This document shows, one piece after another, positions 56,731 through 64,000 of a stretch of DNA of 64,000 bases. Made by a program: the position numbers and the translations under genes. Origin of the DNA: the human T2T-CHM13v2.0 reference genome, Homo sapiens; NCBI RefSeq assembly GCF_009914755.1, contig NC_060935.1. One strand, 5' to 3'. Under the pieces are notes generated by a model. The model made no database searches. It saw only the letters and a list, made by a program, of their open reading frames with translations, and was not told where the DNA came from. Numbering within the stretch: position 1 is the first letter of the stretch; the number at the start of each line of letters is the position of its first letter.

Positions 56731-56971
56731 TGAGGAAGTTTTTTGTTGTGACAGAATTGTTCTGTGTCTTGAGAACATATATATTTCTTAAAACTTCAGA
56801 ACTATACATACACAAAATAAAATGTTACTGTATAATTTTGAAAATGAAATGAAAATATATATGTACATGTAAAAATGATATCAGGTAAAGCATTCAGTAA
56901 ACGCAGACACACACACACATACAAACACATTACCACGGTGCCTAGTACCTAATTTGAAAATGTTCATTACT

Positions 56972-57178
56972 ACACACGGACACATAGAGGGGAACCACAC
57001 ACACCGGGGCCTATTGGAGGGGGAAGGGTGGAAGGAGGGAGCGTATCAGGAAAAATGACTAATGAGTATTAGGCTTAATACTGGGGTGATGAAATAATTT
57101 GTACAACAAACCCCCTTTACACAAGTCTTCCTATGTAACAAACCTGCACATGTATTCCTGAATTTAAAGTTCAGAAAA
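56972..57178 (+). mobile_element. L1PA13-16-like 3' end
   Basis: ggacacatagaggggaacc...atcaggaaaaatgactaatgagtattaggcttaatac...gatgaaataatttgtacaacaaacccc...ctatgtaacaaacctgcacatgta. Confidence 0.9.
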
Positions 57179-59182
57179 ACAGAAATGTTTCTTATAGTCA
57201 TTATGTGAAATAGAATTTCTCAGATTCCCATGTTTGTAACCCCAAACCTATAATAAACCTACAAATAGCAAGTGCATTTTTTAAACTGATATATCAAAGA
57301 AACTTGATGGGAGTTTTCCAGATTTTTCCTACGAAAATACAGTGGGAAAGGTATTATGGAGTCATATCAGGCAATTCAAACCATTATATTTTCTAGATTT
57401 TGTGAAGTTTATAGTATGTGTTAGCTTTGTAAAGTTTGTACTTTGTTGTTATTTATTTTCTCATTCTAAATAAATGCTCATTTTCTTACCTAAAAAAAGA
57501 AAAAAAGAAAATGTTCATTATTGATATAGTTTTTGCTACTGGGGTTATTGTCATTAGCAAACCTGATAGAATATAGGTAACCAGGGTGACAAAAATAAAG
57601 GAGGCAACTGGTTGGCCCAGGAAAGGTTCTCAATGAAGGGAGATGGAGTGATAGACAAAGGGTGATGCACTGGGTCACCATTGGTGACCCAACGGTGGCA
57701 GCATTGGATTATAGCCAGGAGTAAGGCTGTGTATGAGTGGAGCAATGTTGCCATCTCTGTGCTGCTTCCAGGTTAGGAAGAAGACACATTACCAGTTGCA
57801 ATTACAAGATGCCAGAAGAAAAAAGGAAAGAAAAAGAGCAGCTATTTCTGCTGCTAGACATGAAAACAAACCAACTGAGAAAAGTGCTTTGATGAGCAGA
57901 GTGTATGCTGCTGGGTGTGTGGGCTGGATTCTACCTCATCCCCCAAAAGGGGGGCAACAAATAATCTCCCAGGTTCAGATGGGTGTGGTACAAAAAAGCC
58001 AGCCAAGTATACATTCTCTTCTTAATAACCTTAAATCCTGTCCTCCTTTCTAGTGTAAACGTTCAGCATATGAAGCTGGAAAGGGGAATACTTTTAAGGA
58101 GGCAAAGTATAAGGGAAACAATTCAATACCAGATTCCAGTATGCATGTAATCACTGAGATTTTCTATGCCTGCATTTGAAAAAATGATGTTTTTGCCCAA
58201 GAGCCAGTAAGTCATTGGCTGCCACAGATCATATAATGTGTTGACGCTCCCCGGTGGGCAAGCAGACAACAGGAAAGCACTTATCTGGTTGTGAAAATGC
58301 ATTCCTTCTCCATATGCAAGTCTATTTTTCTTCCTGCAATAAACTACATTTATTTGATTCTGTATCTGATAGTTTTATAGTGTTTGTTCACATACTCACT
58401 AATTTGCAAGATTGTGTAATTTGCATGGGTCTCATAGGTCATTAGTGCAAACTAACAGCATTCTGTAAAAGATAAAGCAAGAAAAACTGGCACTTTGTCA
58501 TAGTGTACAGGTAAACGTCACATCTCAATTTAGGAACTTGACACCCCAAATCTACTCTTTCCTCGGAGAAGAAGCAGATTTTACTCCCCCTCCCCACAAC
58601 CCTGTGCCCTACCGGGAGATGGGAAGCATTAGTGAAAGAGATTCTAACCTACCTCTTTAATCTCCAGGTTGTGATATATTTTGAGAATATACAACTGTAT
58701 TCATATCCTGGCGCTTGTCCACCCTAAATAGTTTACCATTTATATTTGAACCTGAAAAGAAGGCACAAAGGCCTCCTTCCTATACAATCCCCTAGGCCTT
58801 CTTTTTGGCATGGAAAGCACATACATTTTTGCAAAATTATTCAGTGTATACAGCTGCATTCTACAGTTTTCATTAAGAATTCAAGAGATGAAAACTGTTG
58901 GCTTCTATAGGAAAGTGACCAAATCTACAGGGATATTATGTACAAATAGTCTGGTTAGAATAATAAATGCTGCATGTGCTTTATAATGTTAGACATGTGC
59001 AACATGGATTCATTTGTGATCTGAGTCTCAGATTTTAAAAAATGGATCTTTGCCTGCCTTGAGATAAACTTAAGTAAATAATGTTTGCCATCAACTCTAA
59101 ATGAAGAATGACAGTTAAATTTTATAATCATCTTCACAGCTTCAGGACTTACTTTATATTTTCTCAGGCTCATGACCCAAAG

Positions 59183-59196
59183 GTTGCCATAGCAAC
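59183..59196. promoter_or_regulatory. RFX X-box consensus site
   Basis: GTTGCCATAGCAAC is a full match to the palindromic GTTRCYATRGYAAC, in apparently unique sequence. Confidence 0.65.
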
Positions 59197-60734
59197 TAGG
59201 AAATCCTACCTTATCAAGCGCTTACATTTACATTCCTTGCAGCAGCTCCCCGTTATGAATTAAATCCATCATGGTCTTCTATTCTCAAAATAAAAAGTTC
59301 TTAGGATTATCTTGCAGAAACAAGGATCAAATGCTTTGATAGAAAAACACCATGCAAAAGTTAATTCAATGGTGGTTTTCTTTAGGAAGAGATATAACTA
59401 TGGCATAATAAACAGCTTATGTCCAAACTTCCTGGCTTCAAAGAAAACTTAAATAGAGATATTGTGCTAAAAATGACACATTTACTCCCTATGCATTTCA
59501 TCTTAGAATTATCAAAGCAATAATCTGATTGGATATCATACCACAAACAGGTATACAAAGAATTAAAATTGTGTAAGATAAAACCCTGTTACATACGCTT
59601 ATAAATATTAATAACATAACAAATGTTAAATTCACAACTCAAATTAAAAAAAGGAAACAAATGACAAGCTTCACTTTTATTAAGTGCCTATTGTCAGACA
59701 GTTTTTGTCCTTGATTTTGGAGTAGTTAAATTACCAGGTAATATGAGGTCACTGCCTTTTTGCTTATGGCTGTATGGAATCATTATGTAAACAATGGCAA
59801 AAACCTATCAACTGTCCATCTCTGACAGAAATGAATGGTAAATTATGACTACTCCTCTTAGTCACAAGTACAATTCAAGACTGCACAGACTGTCTCAACC
59901 ATGCACGAAATAGACACCTAGACAGGAGACATAGAAGCTCACAGATGGTGAAATGAGAACTCACTCAACTAAGTGGGGAAACCAACTTCTGAGAGATAAC
60001 ACCGAAATCCAAATCACCCGGAGCCCTCAAATCAAAGCTTGACAAGTGCTTAATATGAGATGATGTTGAGATAGAAAAAAATTAGATTCTAGCCTCACCT
60101 GCCATGCAACACCCAGAAGGCCACAAGATTATCTGGACTCCTGCCTACGGGCGCCTTCCAGCTCAGACAAGTATCTGATTATATACACAGACCTCAACCC
60201 AGTTCGCATTATCAGAAAGCACTTTCCTCTCTCACTGGTTTTAATATGTATCTATCCAATTCTGTCTTTGAAATTCCTCTCCTTTTCTGTGTTTTCAGTC
60301 CTCTGCTTCCTCTAGTCAGTTTTTGCTTTTTTGTCCTTTTGGTCTCTACTGCTTATTCTCTGCACCTTGATTCTCAATCTTTTCTCTCCTCTCTAGCTTG
60401 GAGAGCCACAGCACAATGAGATAAGGGATAAATAGAGCATTGGCTGGCCACAATGAAAGAGGCATTCTTTAAAGTTCTGTTAAAATCCAGTTTCTTCTAC
60501 CAGCACTAGCTCCCTCCTCCCCTCTGTGTTTTCTGCAGCTAATAGGGAACTAGTATCTTGACTTGAGATTTTTTTAGGATGGGCAACAGCCTTAGAATTC
60601 TAAGGCATTCAAAAAGGTGAAGCACCAAAATACTTTATTAGTGACTCATGTTAGAGCTAGAAACAGACCAGCCAGTCATTCGTTTCAGGATATTTAGTTC
60701 TGATCAAATTCTGCTACAGTGTAAAAAGAATATG

Positions 60735-60788
60735 CCAGCCTGGGCTACAGAGCGAGACTCCATCTCAAAAAAAAAAAAAAAAAAAAAA
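60735..60788 (+). mobile_element. Severely 5'-truncated Alu (~30 bp + A22)
   Basis: ccagcctgggctacagagcgagactccatctc + A22; TSD AAAAAGAATATGCCA at 60723-60737 and 60784-60798. Confidence 0.9.
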
Positions 60789-60938
60789 GAATATGCCATG
60801 TAAACTTTCAGGCACTATAATATATAATTTTGATTATATAGAATTCCTACACATTTTCCTATATATCAAACCACTTTCAGCAATAAGCATTACTAAACTT
60901 CAAAATTTTAATTAAGGGATATTTGCAGAGGATATATA

Positions 60939-60939
<1 letters not shown>

Positions 60940-60987
<48 letters not shown>
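60940..60987 (+). repeat. (CA)24 microsatellite
   Basis: Perfect run abutting the left end of the Tigger3a element. Confidence 0.98.
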
Positions 60988-60989
<2 letters not shown>

Positions 60990-60990
<1 letters not shown>

Positions 60991-61332
60991 CGTCATGTGC
61001 CATATAACAATGTTTTGGTCAATGATGGACTGCATACAGGATAGTGGTCCCATAAGATTATAATACTGTATTTTTAGTGTACCTTTTCTATGTTTAGATA
61101 TGTTTAGATACACAAACACCATTGTGTTACAATTGATTACAGTATTCAGTGCAGTAACATGCGTACAGGTTTGTAGCGTAGGAGCAATAGGCCATACTAT
61201 AAAGCCTAGGAGTGTAGTAGACTACACCATCTATGTTTATGTAAATAGACTCAGTGATGTTCACACAATGACAAAATTGCCTAACAACACATTTCTTAGA
61301 ATGTATCCCTGTTGTTAAGCAATGCATGACTA
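60990..61332 (+). mobile_element. Tigger3a (MER7A-type) TcMar MITE
   Basis: TIRs ccgtcatgtgc.../...gcatgacta; internal gtggtcccataagattataatactgtattttt, caggtttgtagcgtaggagcaatagg. Confidence 0.9.
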
Positions 61333-63015
61333 CATCACCTACTAAGATTAATGGTCATCTACTCACTTCTAGCAGTTCTATATTAAAGACATAGATATAA
61401 CAGAATTCTTCTAAAATTTTTCATAGTCATTGGTACAGAACAGAATCTGGGATAACATTTATCTAGTACTGAACGTGGTATAAGAGAAAGGCCTTGTTTT
61501 CTATGTCTTAGACTTCCGGGTCATTAACAAGTAGGATTGTGTAGGACTACTCTTAAAATTAGTAAGCAAGATGAAGTGTCACAGAATTATCTCCCCTGAC
61601 TAAACTTAGAAGTTAACCAAAGCTTTAATACAAGGGAAATTTCTGGAAAGCTCTTTGATAAGCATGACTTCACTATCCAGTAATGAAATTCACAGACATG
61701 TCAATGTCCAAACATATAGACATGCAACAGTTTTAATTTGGTTAATGCACTTTCTATTCATTACTGGGCCTCAGTAAAAACTCGATATCCAACTTATGGA
61801 TGCATTGCTTAATTACCCATGCTTCACTTTCAAATTGAGAAGGATTTAAGTTGTCCATCAATATTCCATGCAGGGTAGCATGGAGTGAGTGAGTGATGTA
61901 GTCAGAATGTCAAAGAGAGAGCTGGCATCATGCAATAGCATTCAAATAGTTACAGTATTTCAGGCCAATCAAATGCACATGATATTTATAACATATATTT
62001 AAATGCTTTCATTTCTACTTATCTGGATTTCCATATTTGAGGGCAAACTTAAGTTTCCACATTGCAGAGATAGTTGTTATAGATATGCCCCTAACCCATT
62101 TAAAAGTAAGTGTTGGCTATACTTGGTAATCAGCATTTACAATTACAAGAGCCCAAATAATTTTTAGCAATTTTCCTTTGCAAAAAGTAACTTGAAAAGT
62201 TTAAATGTCCCAGGTATCCAGATCTTGCAAATCAGAAAACATGTTCCTCAAAGGGACCTATCCTCTCTCAGCAAGAACACCAAAAATGCAGTTACCCTGT
62301 TTCCTATGAGACAAGAAGACAAAAAATATAAATACAAAATTTAAAAATCAGAAGAACATTTTTAAATGAATTTTCAACTATTTAAGCCAGGAAAAAAAAT
62401 ATATATATATATATATATGCTGAGACCCAATTACTAAAATAGGCTAATGCCAAGGTTGACAGTGATCTTTATGTTGCTTCAGGTCTTTAGGATTAACTAG
62501 ATCCTAAGTATTCAGGTTCTTCTTGTCCTGCTGTTGCACATCAGTCTTTGAGTCTATGTAAGGTGAGACTTTAAAACTTTGAAGAAAAATCACTGGAATT
62601 TATAGATTTAAAATTTTAAGAGAGGATTACCTTTCACAATAGTTGCCTTGAAGGGTCATATGTTTATTCCAACATTACTGTCATTGGTCCTGCATATTTT
62701 CAACTACTCCTTATATCCTTTCCTTCTATGACAATCAATGTGTCACACCTATACCCTAGTGTTTGATAGCTACAACTGGGCTTTCTTTTTTAAAATCCAC
62801 AACTTCAGTGTCCACCTTAACAGCATGATTCCAAATAACTTTGGGCTGATTCCAAATAAATTATCCTAAAAAATAAAGATCTGCTACTTCTGAGACTATT
62901 CAAATAATACCCAAATAAAATTCACAAGGAGAAGTAGAAAAAAAATTTTTGCTCAACAGCCTCAATAAAATAAGTCTACATGAACTCCTAAAATGATTCC
63001 TGTAAAAGACACAAA

Positions 63016-63021
63016 CTCTCT

Positions 63022-63060
<39 letters not shown>
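63016..63060 (+). repeat. Short (CT)n followed by (TG)18 microsatellite
   Basis: Direct read. Confidence 0.97.
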
Positions 63061-63065
<5 letters not shown>

Positions 63066-63067
63066 CA

Positions 63068-63109
63068 CTCATAGGTGTGTATATATATATATATATACAC
63101 ACCTATGAG
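63068..63109. repeat. Perfect 42-bp palindrome with (AT)8 centre
   Basis: CTCATAGGTGTGT-(AT)8-ACACACCTATGAG equals its own reverse complement. Confidence 0.95.
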
Positions 63110-63597
63110 AAGGTTTTTGTCCTTAATTGGTGAAAGTTTCCAACATCACAACAGAATATTTCAGTACTCTGGAGCAAAACACTCCACTGTCTATTGAAGA
63201 AACCCAACTTGCTTTCTAGAAATAATTTTTGAAAACCTCATGATTGAAGCTCAGACATAAAAAGGGTTAAGTCAAAGGCAGTGGTAGATGCTTCATATAT
63301 ACAGAAATTGTAACCACTGTTAATTCTTTATCTGTCTTTTTACTCAATAAATATACTAGAAAACATTTAAATGAAGACAATGCAAGATAATTTCCATTTC
63401 ATGCAAAGCTGATCTGTGATATGGCACGTCTGCAAAACAGTAGTGTTAGAGTGATTTTTTTCACAAAGTAACCTATTTTTCACATTTTAGTTTTCTCGTA
63501 GAAAGGTATAGATATCTATGGTACCAACAACTTTTCTGTAGAGTGTGAGTGCTATTCCTGTTACACACAGTATAATAGTAACACAGCAATCTTTTAC

Positions 63598-63724
63598 TTT
63601 TTTCCTTCCTTCCCTCCCTCCCTTTTTCCTTTCCTTTCCTTTCCCTCTTTCCCTCCTTCCCTCCCTCCCTTCATCCTTCCTCCCTCCCTCCCTCCCTTCC
63701 TTCCATCCCTCCCTTTCCTTCCTT
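63598..63724 (+). repeat. Polypyrimidine (CCTT/CCCT)n low-complexity tract, followed by an L2 tail
   Basis: ~125 nt almost purely C/T, then ttcatttattcaatcaacaaatatttattga (antisense L2 3' end). Confidence 0.9.
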
Positions 63725-64000
63725 ATTTTATTCATTTATTCAATCAACAAATATTTATTGAAGCACTATGCTAGATATGAATGATGATTTACCTCTCTTA
63801 ATTTTAAATTATCTATATAGACAATGAGTATTCAGTTAAACTATGTGTTACACAAAAGGTAGAGATTTGCTTCTACAAACTGGCAAGAAACATTTAAGCA
63901 AGATGTAAATGGTATTCACAATTTAGAATTAAGTCAGAAATGCTCTGCTGAAACCAATAATTTGGGGTTTCAATTTTCTTTTATATTCTTTATTCTTATA

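Noticed and set aside
61087-61112. tatgtttaga duplication
   Set aside because: Falls inside Tigger3a and appears to be part of the element itself.
63487-63784. ORFs rich in G/R/E or P/S/F/L
   Set aside because: Low-complexity polypyrimidine tract.

Overview
AT-rich, CpG-depleted primate (very likely human) genomic DNA. It is dense in Alu (J, S and Y subfamilies), L1 3' ends (L1PA2-like, L1PA13-16-like, L1MC-like), L2, MIR, hAT/Tc-mariner MITEs (MER3, MER5, MER30, Tigger3a), one MaLR (MST) solo LTR and several microsatellites. I found no credible protein-coding exon, RNA gene, CpG island or CRISPR array. All listed ORFs look spurious or repeat-derived. The window reads as deep intron or intergenic sequence, and weak orientation clues suggest a host transcript on the minus strand; I cannot name the gene. 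I cannot support a new biological system. The strongest leads are: (1) a consensus RFX X-box 9 nt upstream of a minus-strand ATG mini-exon ending in a GTAAGT donor; (2) three unusual L1-mediated insertion products: a poly(A)-only insertion with TSD, a ~30-bp Alu with TSD, and a tail-less AluY; (3) a perfect 42-bp palindrome abutting a (TG)18 tract; (4) a close inverted Alu pair; (5) several local duplications that copy TF-like motifs. Subfamily calls and boundaries of old repeats are from visual recognition and are approximate.
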